Position numbers and translations under genes: made by a program. A stretch of DNA of 64,000 nucleotides from a virus: the IMG/VR virus record IMGVR_UViG_3300007511_000003, positions 1 through 64,000 of that record; one strand, given 5' to 3'. The first letter of the stretch is position 1; every line of letters starts with the position of its first letter. The notes under the pieces are model-generated. The model had not been told where the DNA came from, searched no databases, and saw only the letters and a list, made by a program, of their open reading frames with translations. Shown one piece after another: positions 48,634 to 58,860 of this stretch.

Positions 48634-49395
48634 ATGACACTATTATACAAGGGTAAAGCAAAGGAACTTCATACCGTGAAAGACGCGGGCTTGTTGCGGA
48701 TGTTGTTCTGTGATGACACCAGTGCCTTTGATGGCAAAAAGACAGACCAGCTGGCAGGCAAAGGTCGGTTGAACGGCCTGTTCAACTGGCATATTATGCA
48801 GCTTCTGCGGAGTAACAACGTCCATACCTGCATGGTGGACAAGTTATCTGACACGGAATACCTGGTAGCCCAGCTGAAGATGTTTAAAGTAGAAGTCATC
48901 GTACGTAACGATGCGACCGGTTCTTTCTGTCGGCGTTACGGCTCAGAATTTGAGCTCACCCAGTTCGACCCTCCACTGGTAGAGTTCTGTTACAAGTCCG
49001 ACGAACACGGTGACCCTTTGATCAACATGCCGGCCATTGTGGCCCTGGGCTTGGCGACCAAAGAAGAATTACTTACCATGCAAGACCTGGCCCTCCACAT
49101 CAACAGTGTCCTCCGCCGTTTCTTTGGTCAACGAAAGCTGAACCTCGTCGACTTCAAGTTGGAGTTTGGCACTACCACACACCCATACAAGGTACAAGGC
49201 GAGGACAGGGCTCCTGCTGGGTTTGGGTGGACAGAGGATGTATTGATGCTGGGTGACGAGTTCTCCCTTGACAGTTGCCGCCTGTGGACCAAAGAAGGCA
49301 GAGGCGAACGGTGGTGGCGGTGGATCCGTCACGACCTAGGGCCGGTCATTGAGGGTTACCAAGAGGCACTCGATGCTGTCACAGGAGGCCTATAA
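48634..49395 (+). CDS. purC: SAICAR synthetase
   Basis: LY.GKAK, DD.SAFDG, EV.VRN..TGS, YKSD...DP, LVDFKLEFG, DE.S.DSCRLW. Confidence 0.88.
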   Translation: MTLLYKGKAKELHTVKDAGLLRMLFCDDTSAFDGKKTDQLAGKGRLNGLFNWHIMQLLRSNNVHTCMVDKLSDTEYLVAQLKMFKVEVIVRNDATGSFCRRYGSEFELTQFDPPLVEFCYKSDEHGDPLINMPAIVALGLATKEELLTMQDLALHINSVLRRFFGQRKLNLVDFKLEFGTTTHPYKVQGEDRAPAGFGWTEDVLMLGDEFSLDSCRLWTKEGRGERWWRWIRHDLGPVIEGYQEALDAVTGGL

Positions 49396-49784
49396 TGTTA
49401 GAAGCTCTAAACTGCCCTGCTTGTGGTGGCTATGCCATTACCTCCAACGACCTCGAGGGACAACGATTCTCGGTCCAAGTGATGTGTGATGATCCTGTGG
49501 ACTGCGGGGTTGCGGGCCCTGTGGCTTATGACACGATACCTGCTGAGGAATCTGTGTCCAACAATATGCTGGACCACAAGTTGGAGCACGGGCACTGGCC
49601 TCAGAACATGACTCATGTCACCCAAGCCGCAATCGAACGGTGGAATAAGATGGTGGGCCAAGACAAGCAAGAAGTTATGGTCCTACGTCAGTATGGTAAC
49701 AAAGATTGTACTATAATGGCGGATGAACACCTTACAAAGCTGAGGGATCAAGGTAACTATACTGACATGGAGGACAGGGCATGA
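49395..49784 (+). CDS. Lar-like zinc-ribbon hypothetical protein
   Basis: L.CP.CGG...V.C...CG..GP...AI.RWN. Confidence 0.5.
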   Translation: MLEALNCPACGGYAITSNDLEGQRFSVQVMCDDPVDCGVAGPVAYDTIPAEESVSNNMLDHKLEHGHWPQNMTHVTQAAIERWNKMVGQDKQEVMVLRQYGNKDCTIMADEHLTKLRDQGNYTDMEDRA

Positions 49785-49975
49785 CGCGGGAAGAACTACA
49801 AAAAGCCGCCGACAACAAGGTTCCTGCCCAGGTAGGCTCTAAATCAGGTAGAGTCCATGCCTACGATATTGCAAGGGATCGGGTTGCTATCCAACTGGAT
49901 GATGAACAAGACCTACACTGGGAACCTATTCGAAACGTCCTGGTGATTCGCGGTATCCTGAGAGTGGTGACATGA
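49781..49975 (+). CDS. hypothetical protein
   Basis: ATGA-coupled ORF. Confidence 0.45.
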   Translation: MTREELQKAADNKVPAQVGSKSGRVHAYDIARDRVAIQLDDEQDLHWEPIRNVLVIRGILRVVT

Positions 49976-50224
49976 CTACCCATAAGCTTCCTGACGGTCC
50001 TGTTCCGGGGACCTCCACACACCAGACTCCTTAGGTGGAGAATGGTTATGGCGGGTTGGGAAGGATGGAGTAGGTCAATGGAAACCGGTTATAACCGACC
50101 TCGAGCTCGAAACATCCTTTCCCAAAGAGCCAGTAATGGGCCAAGCCCATGAGGACAAGGCGGGTAGAATATGGACATGGACCCCGACAACGGACGATAA
50201 TATTTGCAGATGGAGGTACCTGAA

Positions 50225-50791
50225 ATGACTACCTACCCTTGGAGTCTTGAGGAAACTATCAGGAACCTCAAGAGAGGTTCCCAAAGTCCTACCCTAATCC
50301 AACAGTTGGTCGAAGCCTATGAAAAACTGTTGGGTAATGGCAGGCGCCCCTCTTGGGACCAACACTGGATGAATGCTGCTCACATGGCCAAGCAGATGTG
50401 TACCTGTCAATCCAGAGCTGTAGGGGCAGTATTCGTCCAAGATAAACGTCTGTTAGTATCAGGGTTTAACGGGGTGCCTGCCAAGTACCCACACCCAACA
50501 AGCTGTTTGCGTAAAGACCGAGGGTTCAAGACTGGCGAAGCTTTACACCTTTGTCCTTGTATGCACGCGGAACAAAACGGTATCTCCAATGCTGCCCGAC
50601 ATGGTATTGAGTTGAAGGACAGTACGGTATACGTGACTTGTATGCCCTGTCAGATGTGTATGGGTATGCTGGCAAACGTAGGCATTAAACGGGTGGTGTA
50701 TGACGGGGAGTATCCTGCAGCCGAAACGAGGGATGCTATTGCCAACTATGCAAGCATCCAACTCCAACAATTAGGTGATCTCAATGAGTAG
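50225..50791 (+). CDS. dCMP deaminase
   Basis: RPSWD, R.VGAV, GFNG.P, HAEQN, PC.MC; start after GGAGG. Confidence 0.88.
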   Translation: MTTYPWSLEETIRNLKRGSQSPTLIQQLVEAYEKLLGNGRRPSWDQHWMNAAHMAKQMCTCQSRAVGAVFVQDKRLLVSGFNGVPAKYPHPTSCLRKDRGFKTGEALHLCPCMHAEQNGISNAARHGIELKDSTVYVTCMPCQMCMGMLANVGIKRVVYDGEYPAAETRDAIANYASIQLQQLGDLNE

Positions 50792-51737
50792 GATCTGGGA
50801 CTGGATATGTGGACGGCCTCGCTGGCCTCCCAAGAACTGGAAGGGAACCAAAGTCAAGGGAATGGTGGGAAAGACCTACGGCCAATTAACGGTGTTGGAA
50901 GAAAGCCCTGAGAGGGCCTCCAACGGGGCTATAATATATTTGTGTCTTTGCGTATGCGGAAAACGTTTGGAGGTCATAGGCACGGTACTCCGGCGTAAGA
51001 AATGGCCAAAGCATCACTGTGGGTGCCTGAAAAAACCCAGAGTTGTGGTAAAGCAGGGACCGAAAAAAGAGTCCCTCGCCCAAGAGATCGTTCCTAAGTT
51101 CGATCTGCCTGCCATTAACGATGGGTACCCTATGCCTACCCATCACAGTGGGGCCAAACGACCTGTTATCCGAGAACGACCGGAAGAGACCCGTGTACTG
51201 GACACCACTAAGCAAAAGCTAGCTGTTTTGCAAAAGGTGACAGGACAAACCACCGTCACCGCAGAGTCCCCTGTACAAAGAAAAAGACGCCAACAAGCCG
51301 TTTGGCAGGCCATGGAAAACAGGTGGAGGATAGAGAAGTCCGAGGACTTCAAAATGGGGATCAACCAAAACCATCGGATACGTCTCCACACGGAGCCCTG
51401 CGTAGCTTACTTTATGTGCCCAAATTGTGGGCAGTCCCTGGCAGATCAGTGCGACACAGGATACCCACAACTGCGACTTGACCAAATGATGGGCCCTTAC
51501 CTTGAGGTTGTTGCCATGGGCAGAGAATCAAATTGCTGTAAGTTTGGTTTCATGGTCCTGGTAGCGATCCAGTCTCAAGAGGATGGTACTCTTTTCAAAG
51601 GCCACAGCCGCCGTTGTCAACCGACAAGAACACCAACGATTACTGGAGCAACAGGATGGCTCGAAACAAGGATAACACCAATTTACCCACCCGTGATTTT
51701 TATACATGCAGAAACTGTAATCAGAAGCTTATGTTAA
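50784..51737 (+). CDS. hypothetical protein with an HNH-associated zinc module
   Basis: G.TYG.LTV...CLC.CG...CGC N-terminal module; no HNH catalytic core recognised. Confidence 0.45.
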   Translation: MSRIWDWICGRPRWPPKNWKGTKVKGMVGKTYGQLTVLEESPERASNGAIIYLCLCVCGKRLEVIGTVLRRKKWPKHHCGCLKKPRVVVKQGPKKESLAQEIVPKFDLPAINDGYPMPTHHSGAKRPVIRERPEETRVLDTTKQKLAVLQKVTGQTTVTAESPVQRKRRQQAVWQAMENRWRIEKSEDFKMGINQNHRIRLHTEPCVAYFMCPNCGQSLADQCDTGYPQLRLDQMMGPYLEVVAMGRESNCCKFGFMVLVAIQSQEDGTLFKGHSRRCQPTRTPTITGATGWLETRITPIYPPVIFIHAETVIRSLC

Positions 51738-51862
51738 GCGGCCCTGAGAGGCGGCAGGGCACCAGGCAGGTATTCTTATACAGAAACCAATTCTCTCATA
51801 AGTGCGTCGATGGTAAGTACGGCATACTTGAACTCCAATACTACGAAATGCAGGGATAAACA

Positions 51863-52516
51863 ATGTTGAGTCCACTACGCAAACCCGAGTTTTTTCGTTT
51901 CTGCATGGAACACAAAGCGCTCCGTTTTGGAAACGTCACCCTACCATCTGGTACAGTATCCCCTTATATCTTCAACCCTGGCGAGATTCTCAATGGGTTC
52001 GGGTTATCGGTCTGGGGTAAGTTTATGGCCGAAGGTCTGGACGCTGACTGGGGTATCGGTCAAGACTTTAACCTAGTGTGGAGTCCGACTGGTGGGGTTC
52101 CGCACCTCATTTCTACCGTCATTGGCATCAACGACCTCCACGCCTTTCGTATGACCTACAGCTTTGGAGATGAACAAGGTTTCCATGGTGATCCTCAGAT
52201 TTATGGGTCCAAGGTCGTCCTGTTGTTCGATCAGATTACTGATGGTAAGGAGATTGAGGAAGCCCTGAAATGGATGCGTCCACATGGGTGTAAGCCTGTT
52301 GGTGTGTTGGTAGCCCTTGACAGAAGGGAACGAGTTCCGAATGGGCACACACAACACGCGTCCATCATTGAGATGGAGGTTAAGACTAAGGTCCCCGTCA
52401 AGTGCTTGGTGACGTTTAACGACATGATCAGGTTTGTGCGTGAACAACTAGGGCCTGAGTCTCCACAGTACAGAAGCCTAGTCACACATAAAGCCAATCA
52501 AGGGATTGACAAATGA
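51863..52516 (+). CDS. divergent second orotate PRTase-like protein
   Basis: ALRFG..TL.SG..SPY.FN.G and VALDR.E are present, but the PRPP motif is degenerate (VVLLFDQITDG). Confidence 0.7.
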   Translation: MLSPLRKPEFFRFCMEHKALRFGNVTLPSGTVSPYIFNPGEILNGFGLSVWGKFMAEGLDADWGIGQDFNLVWSPTGGVPHLISTVIGINDLHAFRMTYSFGDEQGFHGDPQIYGSKVVLLFDQITDGKEIEEALKWMRPHGCKPVGVLVALDRRERVPNGHTQHASIIEMEVKTKVPVKCLVTFNDMIRFVREQLGPESPQYRSLVTHKANQGIDK

Positions 52517-52857
52517 AAATCTGGTTGGATGACGAACGCCCTGTTCCTGATTCCAGCTGGAAAGCCGTGCGTTGGCCCGAAGAAGTTATTGCCCTCTTGG
52601 AGCAACATGGACCAAACGTTTTAAAGATTAGCCTGGACCATGATCTTGGTGACGTTGGATCCAACAAGGAACGAACAGGTAAACAGGTTCTCGATTGGAT
52701 CGAGGAACAAGTAGTATTGTACGGGTACCATCCACCTCTGATATACGTTCACACAGCCAATCCAGTAGCAAGGCAAGTGATGTGTGATATAGTGGCCAGG
52801 ATTTATGCAGTGGCCACCTTATTAATGGACAAAGGAGGCGGTTGTGAATCAATATAA
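52513..52857 (+). CDS. cyclic-phosphate-processing receiver-like domain protein
   Basis: IWLDDER, ISLDHDLG, TG..VL.WI, VHTANP. Confidence 0.75.
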   Translation: MKIWLDDERPVPDSSWKAVRWPEEVIALLEQHGPNVLKISLDHDLGDVGSNKERTGKQVLDWIEEQVVLYGYHPPLIYVHTANPVARQVMCDIVARIYAVATLLMDKGGGCESI

Positions 52858-53146
52858 GAGGGAACCAGAGGTCCCGGCTTTCCCAACCTTTGGGCTGTAT
52901 GCCTGTCATCTTTGTGATAAGAAATGGGCAGCCTCTGGATCAGATATGGTTGGTCATAGGGAGACATCCATGGAGAATGGCACTGTAAGGCATAATTGTC
53001 AGGATGGGGAACGTGGGTACGTAAGGATAACCAAGGCATGGAGGAACATATCAGACGAAGAAGTAGAATCCCTCCGATCCCTGTACTCCACCTATGGGCA
53101 GCAACAACACCAGTATACGCTGGATCTTGGTAGCGGAGGAATTTAG
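52844..53146 (+). CDS. hypothetical zinc-binding protein
   Basis: C.LC...H.C.DG..GY; similar to the ORF at about 51656-51859. Confidence 0.4.
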   Translation: MNQYKREPEVPAFPTFGLYACHLCDKKWAASGSDMVGHRETSMENGTVRHNCQDGERGYVRITKAWRNISDEEVESLRSLYSTYGQQQHQYTLDLGSGGI

Positions 53147-53203
53147 GGAACCTTATATCTGTTGGCAGGAAGTAGGAAACACATTCTTTAAACGGAGTAA
53201 CAG

Positions 53204-54595
53204 ATGAAAATTACCCTTTATGACGGACAGGATTATGACCCCGAGACCTTGGCTATGTTACAGGCTTTCTATAGCCGGAGCCCAAAACCGATTGCCGATC
53301 GGGTTGCAGCCATGGAGAAGGACCCAAGACCTTTGATGGACCAGTACTATGTGGGGTATGGCCACCGTTCTATTGGTGACTGTGGAACCACTACGGTCTT
53401 CATGGAAGGTGTGTCCATGTTATTCGCCAAAGCCATCCAGGACTGGCCCCTCTACAGTGGGCAAGAAGGCTCGACCCGTTACATGGACTTTGGTAAAGGT
53501 GGTTGCGTCAATCCAGTAGGGTCGGCAGATGGGATGCAGATCCAACAAGGGTGGTTTGCCTTGTACAACCGTTATATGCCTCTGGTACGTGAGGCCTTGG
53601 CCAAACGTCACCTCTTCGAGTTCAAAGGGCAGGAGAACCCTGGTACGGCAAGGAAAGAGCATAATAGATCTATCAGTGCCCGGGCTTTCGACATTTGCCG
53701 TAGCCTCCTTCCATGTGGAACGCTCACTCAACTATCTTGGACGACAAACCTCCGACAAGCCAACGACCACCTAATGAGGCTGAGAGCACATCCGTTGGAG
53801 GAAGTACGCGAGACATCGGCCAAGGTGTACCTACAATTGGCGGAAAAGTACCCGCATAGTTTCAGCCCTGACCATTACGCTGGCGCTAATTTTAATTCAG
53901 GCGCGTTTAAGGGTGTGAGCAGCCAACAACATCTGGAGTACCACCAAAAGTACCCTGGGATCTTCTACGGAAATCCAGAATTGGATACGTTTTCCAGTAA
54001 CGATCTGAAAAACGGTGGGCTGGAATGTAGTACCGAACTTCTGGACTTTTCGGGTCTTTCCCATGCCCAAGGGGCACTGGAAGATCGACCTCGAGGTACA
54101 GAGGTACCACGGTATTTTGATCAATTCGGTGTCCTACGTTTTGGGTTCCTGTTGGATTTCGGATCCTTCCGGGACATCCAGCGCCATCGTAACGGTGTGA
54201 TTCGTATGCCTGTAGTAACAAGAGCTTATGATCTCCACCCTTGGTACTGGGGTCAGTACCAAGACCTTTTGAGTGGGTCCTTATTTACAGGTCTATGCTC
54301 ACATATCCAGGATCTCTTGGCGCGGGCGGAAAGGCTCCAAGCAGAACCTAGAGTAGAACAATACTACCTACCTATGGGGCTTCAGGTTCCAGTGTTTGTT
54401 ACCTGGACCGTACCTCAATTGGCGTATGTGGCTGAGTTACGTTCGGGTCGTGCGGTACATCCAACGTTACGTGTAGTAGCCCATCGTATTGGGCAATGGG
54501 CGCAAGAAAACATTCCAGGTTTAAAGCTCTACCTCGATAACGAACCTGACGGGTTCCAACCTGTACGAGGAGGGCAAACCATCGAGAGGAAATAA
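53204..54595 (+). CDS. thyX: flavin-dependent thymidylate synthase-like protein (tandem ThyX type)
   Basis: YSRS, YGH.SI, STRY, FD..R.LLP, FRDIQRHR, ELRS...HP. Confidence 0.75.
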   Translation: MKITLYDGQDYDPETLAMLQAFYSRSPKPIADRVAAMEKDPRPLMDQYYVGYGHRSIGDCGTTTVFMEGVSMLFAKAIQDWPLYSGQEGSTRYMDFGKGGCVNPVGSADGMQIQQGWFALYNRYMPLVREALAKRHLFEFKGQENPGTARKEHNRSISARAFDICRSLLPCGTLTQLSWTTNLRQANDHLMRLRAHPLEEVRETSAKVYLQLAEKYPHSFSPDHYAGANFNSGAFKGVSSQQHLEYHQKYPGIFYGNPELDTFSSNDLKNGGLECSTELLDFSGLSHAQGALEDRPRGTEVPRYFDQFGVLRFGFLLDFGSFRDIQRHRNGVIRMPVVTRAYDLHPWYWGQYQDLLSGSLFTGLCSHIQDLLARAERLQAEPRVEQYYLPMGLQVPVFVTWTVPQLAYVAELRSGRAVHPTLRVVAHRIGQWAQENIPGLKLYLDNEPDGFQPVRGGQTIERK

Positions 54596-54873
54596 TGCAA
54601 ATCGGTCCACCAGTTTTCCCACATGAAAAAGCGGAATGGGAAAAGCCTACCCGCATTATTCAACGTCAGGATCCGGATACTGGGTGGTTCATCACGATCC
54701 CTATGGATGAGTTAAGGGCAGGGGACGTATTCAGGCACTATGAACCTGACGGCAGGCTTATCGTGGATAAATATGGTCGCAGCCAGTTTATCACCACGGA
54801 AGACCCACGACCAGTGGATCCACATAACGTGTTTGAGTTCACCGTCAACATCAAACACTGGGAAAACGCTTAG
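54595..54873 (+). CDS. hypothetical protein
   Basis: Coupled ORF. Confidence 0.45.
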   Translation: MQIGPPVFPHEKAEWEKPTRIIQRQDPDTGWFITIPMDELRAGDVFRHYEPDGRLIVDKYGRSQFITTEDPRPVDPHNVFEFTVNIKHWENA

Positions 54874-54879
54874 GAGCCG

Positions 54880-55158
54880 ATGATGACAGGAACCAGAAAA
54901 GACTTCGCGCCAACCATTCATTCTAAGGACTGGGAATCCGCCGACAATGAACTGGTGTTAAACAAAGGAGAGGCAGGGGATGGTATTACTACGGGCTTTG
55001 GGGGTATCCGTATCCTGCGCGGTACAAAGCCTGATTTTTTGATCAGATTTACCGAGAGTGGCCAACGCCAGCCAAATTATTGGCTCTTAAACCTTGGAAC
55101 CACAAGAAGGTATAAACCAGGGCCACAAGTACCCTTCGTGTTAACAGAGCCGAGATAA
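54880..55158 (+). CDS. hypothetical protein
   Basis: GGAGCCGA leader. Confidence 0.45.
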   Translation: MMTGTRKDFAPTIHSKDWESADNELVLNKGEAGDGITTGFGGIRILRGTKPDFLIRFTESGQRQPNYWLLNLGTTRRYKPGPQVPFVLTEPR

Positions 55159-55392
55159 GGAACAATATAATGGATTCTGAACCCTTGCTCGCTCTCCTGA
55201 GAGAATGTAACAATGCTCTTACCTTATTCCGCAAAACTAAGTACGAGGGCAGTGACCTTGAGCTACGCGTCCGACGCCAATTAGGTCTCCCTATCCGGAG
55301 AGTCTCTACCATGGCTTGTACGAGTCCTACTGAAAGTTGCAGTCCAGGAAGCGTTGTTGTCCCACCACATATGAGACCAAGGAGCACGTAGC

Positions 55393-55917
55393 ATGATTTT
55401 CGGACGCCAGGACTATAACCGCCGGATTGTGGATAAAGCTGGTTTAATCCCCGAGGATGAACCGGTATTCTTGATTCGAGGGCAGGATCCAGTAGCTGTA
55501 AAGGTGGTAAAATACTGGGCTCAAGTCACTGCCAACCGAAACCGGGGACCTTCTGATGTAACCCAGAACGCTCTCCAACAAGCAGAAAGGATTGTTCTCT
55601 GGGCCAACAAAAAGCCGGTGGATATACCCACACCAGAACCAGAGGAAGACCTATCCTATCTGGAACCATTCTCCACTGATGGGTGTTCAATGTTTCCGGA
55701 TGGTAAGTGGAGAGAGTGTTGTGTGGAACATGACAAGGCATATTGGAAAGGTGACCCCGAGGATAAAGAGGGTCGCCGCAAAGCAGACTTAGAATTGATG
55801 GCGTGTGTTGCCAGGAAGGGATACCCCTTCACCGCGTTCATCATGTACGTGGGAGTTAGAATAGGTGGGAGTTCCTGGTGGCCCACCTCTTGGCGTTGGG
55901 GTTACGGGAGAAAATGA
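55393..55917 (+). CDS. two-domain protein: DEPVFL.R domain + PLA2/DUF1353-like domain
   Basis: IPEDEPVFLIRGQD; TDGCS.FPD...CCVEHD.AYW.G...AD.EL..CV. Confidence 0.6.
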   Translation: MIFGRQDYNRRIVDKAGLIPEDEPVFLIRGQDPVAVKVVKYWAQVTANRNRGPSDVTQNALQQAERIVLWANKKPVDIPTPEPEEDLSYLEPFSTDGCSMFPDGKWRECCVEHDKAYWKGDPEDKEGRRKADLELMACVARKGYPFTAFIMYVGVRIGGSSWWPTSWRWGYGRK

Positions 55918-56375
55918 AGACAACGACGAAGGTACAACATTTGGTAGTAGTACCCTACCGATTTAAGGACGAAGCCCTTGAATTCCTCGTCTGTATTGAG
56001 GACCATCCAGTGTGCGAGGTAGAACCTCTCTGTGCTATCCTCAAGGAGTTGGAACCCTCAGATTCTTGTACCCGCGAGGTAGCCCTGTCCACGTTTGACA
56101 CGATGGGCTATGACTTCCCGATCGAGGCCATGATTCCTCTTGGTAAATGTTGGTTGTCCAAAACAGAAACAACCATCTGCCATTTATACACGGTTAACCT
56201 GACCGACAAAACCCCAGTTTCAAAAGGGGACTGTAAATGGATATCAGAAAAGTCGGTCGTGGCATCGCCCGACCCTTTGGTACACATTACAATCAATAAA
56301 TTGCGGAACCTACCACCAGGAGTAAAAGGAGATGATTCGCTGGTTGAAGAAGACGGTCAGGAGCCGATTATCTGA
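55914..56375 (+). CDS. degenerate NUDIX-fold protein
   Basis: V.VVPY...LG....SK......LY.V.L pattern; Nudix box eroded. Confidence 0.4.
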   Translation: MKTTTKVQHLVVVPYRFKDEALEFLVCIEDHPVCEVEPLCAILKELEPSDSCTREVALSTFDTMGYDFPIEAMIPLGKCWLSKTETTICHLYTVNLTDKTPVSKGDCKWISEKSVVASPDPLVHITINKLRNLPPGVKGDDSLVEEDGQEPII

Positions 56376-56670
56376 CCGACGACCCAAGGTGATTGAAGAC
56401 TGGTGTCAACAATTTGGCATCGCATTAGTGACCCAATACCACATGCCCTTTCATTGTGGTCAACTGGCACAATTAGCCTACTCCTCAATACCAAACAAGA
56501 GCTGCAGTAGCCTAGTGTGCTCGAACTGTGGTCTGCAATTAACGCAGGTCGAGAACAACCTGTGGATGTTGAAACACCGACCTACTGTTAAGAAAGTGCG
56601 TCCAAACCCTGACCAGGAAGAATTACACCAGATGGCTATGGCATACTTCCCCTATGAAGAACAATATTGA
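56332..56670 (+). CDS. hypothetical zinc-finger protein
   Basis: HCG...CSNCG. Confidence 0.4.
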   Translation: MIRWLKKTVRSRLSDRRPKVIEDWCQQFGIALVTQYHMPFHCGQLAQLAYSSIPNKSCSSLVCSNCGLQLTQVENNLWMLKHRPTVKKVRPNPDQEELHQMAMAYFPYEEQY

Positions 56671-56688
56671 CCATTAGGAGCCGATTTA

Positions 56689-58839
56689 ATGGATTACCAA
56701 CCCGCATCTCAAGATACCATTGAGAAGAAATACCTGCTTCGAGACCACCAGAACCGACCAGTAGAAGACATACCAGGCCTTCACTTCAGGGTAGCCAAGG
56801 CATTGGCGGGCCAAGAGACAGAAGACAAGAAAGACTACTGGGAAGAACGGTTTCTCTGGGCTCTTGAAAACGGTGCAGTTCCCGGTGGAAGGATTATTGC
56901 CAACGCAGGCGCCCAAGACTACAAACCAGCTACGTCCCTCATCAATTGCACGATGAGTGGGACTATCCTGGATGATATGGATTCTATTCTATCATTGGTC
57001 CGTGAAGCGGGATTAACCCTCAAGGCTGGGTGTGGAATCGGATACGACTGGAGTTGCTTGCGACCATCAGGGGCCTTTGTCGGAGGGGCAGGCGCCTACA
57101 CCAGCGGGCCCATATCTTTCATGCACATTTATGACAGTATGTGCCGCACTATCAGCTCTGCAGGGGACCGCCGAGGAGCCCAGATGGCGACCATGGATAT
57201 CCGGCACCCCGACATTGAAGCCTACATCCGTGCCAAGCGGGAGCCTGGTGTCCTAACACAGTTTAACCTGTCTGTGTTGTTTACACAGGACTTCATGCAG
57301 GCAGTTGAAGAAGACAAAGACTGGAACCTGATTTTTCCTGTTCATTCTGGAGAATGGTGGGACCAAGAATACTTAGGTACTTGTGCCGTTGACAGAGATC
57401 CCCCACCCCCTATCGAATACGACTGGGTATGGGCACACTGGCCGGGCACGGAAGACCATCCCCATAAAAACCGGAATGGTGGGGGGACCGTCCCATGTAA
57501 GATTTACCGAATGATTAGGGCCCGTGACCTATGGCAAACGGTCATGCAGTCTGCCTATGACTTTGCAGAGCCAGGATTTATGCTGGTTGACAGACTGAAC
57601 GACCAGAACAACCTGTGGTGGTTGGAAGAAATCCGTGGAACCAACCCATGTGGAGAACAACCCTTGCCGCCGTATGGTGCCTGCCTGTTGGGATCCATCC
57701 TCTTGACAATGTTTGTAGACAACCCATTCACTGACAAAGCTACGTTTAACTTTGAAGGGTTCAAGGAGGTAGTACGGGTATTCACTCGTATGTTGGACAA
57801 CGTGGTGGACATCTCTGGGCTCCCGTTGGAGAAACAGCGAGAAGAAATTCTCGCCAAACGTAGGCATGGTATGGGGTTTATGGGTCTGGGTTCTGCTTTA
57901 GCTATGATGGGTGTTCCTTACGGATCGGAAAAAGCCCAGGCTTTCACCGAGGAGGTTGCCAAGACAATGGCAATCACTGGGTGGGAAGTAGGGGTAGAGC
58001 TGGCGAAAGAGAAGGGCGTGGCCCCTGTGCTGGACCAGGAATATGAAATCACTGCCGAAATACGTCATCGGCTGAAAGATTACCTAGGTGGGGATTTACG
58101 AATAGGGGACAAAGTAAACGGCTCTCTTTTACTTGCATATGGGTCCCGATACCTGGCCCAGTTCCCAAAGGAACTCAGGGCCGCCATTGAAAACCACGGA
58201 TCTCGGTTTACCCACCACACGTCCATCGCACCAACAGGGACCATCAGTTTAGGGTTTGGTAACAATTGTTCAAACGGTATCGAGCCAACGTTTGCCCAAC
58301 GATATGGTCGCAACATCACGCAACCAGATGGGTCCAAGAAGAAGGTGAAGGTATACTCAGCAGAGTTGATGGCGTATGCTAAATACATGACACGATCCAG
58401 AGGTGACGCGGTTTATGAACCTGATGACCTCCTGGACTACCCCAACGAGGTAGGAAACAAGCTACCGAAAGGATTCGTTGACACCGCTACCATTACGCCG
58501 GAACAACACTTGCGGATGCAGGCAGCAGCCCAAAAGTGGGTGGACTCCAGTATATCCAAGACCATCAACGTACCAGAAGACTTTCCGTTCGAGGACTTTA
58601 AGGGTGCGTATTTGTTGGCCCACCAACTAGGCCTAAAGGGTTGTACCATGTACCGCCCGAACCCAGACCGTGGTGAGGCTATACTGGTGCGTGAAGAGGA
58701 GACTCCGGCTATCATTGTGTTTGAGACAGAAGCCGGACCAGTAGAGGTACCACGAAACCAGATGATCGACTACCAAGGTGAGCAAGTATTGGCCCAGGAA
58801 TTGTGGCAACGCCTGCGACAAGAAACCCAAACAACATGA
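56689..58839 (+). CDS. nrdJ: class II (adenosylcobalamin-dependent) ribonucleotide reductase
   Basis: PGGRI.ANAG, SLINC, RRGAQM, TNPCGEQPL, KRRHGMG, SIAPTGTIS, DSSISKT.N, LKGCT.YR. Confidence 0.92.
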   Translation: MDYQPASQDTIEKKYLLRDHQNRPVEDIPGLHFRVAKALAGQETEDKKDYWEERFLWALENGAVPGGRIIANAGAQDYKPATSLINCTMSGTILDDMDSILSLVREAGLTLKAGCGIGYDWSCLRPSGAFVGGAGAYTSGPISFMHIYDSMCRTISSAGDRRGAQMATMDIRHPDIEAYIRAKREPGVLTQFNLSVLFTQDFMQAVEEDKDWNLIFPVHSGEWWDQEYLGTCAVDRDPPPPIEYDWVWAHWPGTEDHPHKNRNGGGTVPCKIYRMIRARDLWQTVMQSAYDFAEPGFMLVDRLNDQNNLWWLEEIRGTNPCGEQPLPPYGACLLGSILLTMFVDNPFTDKATFNFEGFKEVVRVFTRMLDNVVDISGLPLEKQREEILAKRRHGMGFMGLGSALAMMGVPYGSEKAQAFTEEVAKTMAITGWEVGVELAKEKGVAPVLDQEYEITAEIRHRLKDYLGGDLRIGDKVNGSLLLAYGSRYLAQFPKELRAAIENHGSRFTHHTSIAPTGTISLGFGNNCSNGIEPTFAQRYGRNITQPDGSKKKVKVYSAELMAYAKYMTRSRGDAVYEPDDLLDYPNEVGNKLPKGFVDTATITPEQHLRMQAAAQKWVDSSISKTINVPEDFPFEDFKGAYLLAHQLGLKGCTMYRPNPDRGEAILVREEETPAIIVFETEAGPVEVPRNQMIDYQGEQVLAQELWQRLRQETQTT

Positions 58840-58860
58840 CCTGTTTGATAAGGAAGTAGC

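Noticed and set aside
48464-48634. Intergenic ncRNA or TGTAAAT promoter before purC
   Set aside because: The gap is filled by a small Cys-rich ORF (MRARDISAF...CQDCKW...), so the motif falls in Cys-Lys codons.
56689-58839. Intein or intron in nrdJ
   Set aside because: The frame is continuous and the insertion near residues 215-270 lacks intein terminal motifs.
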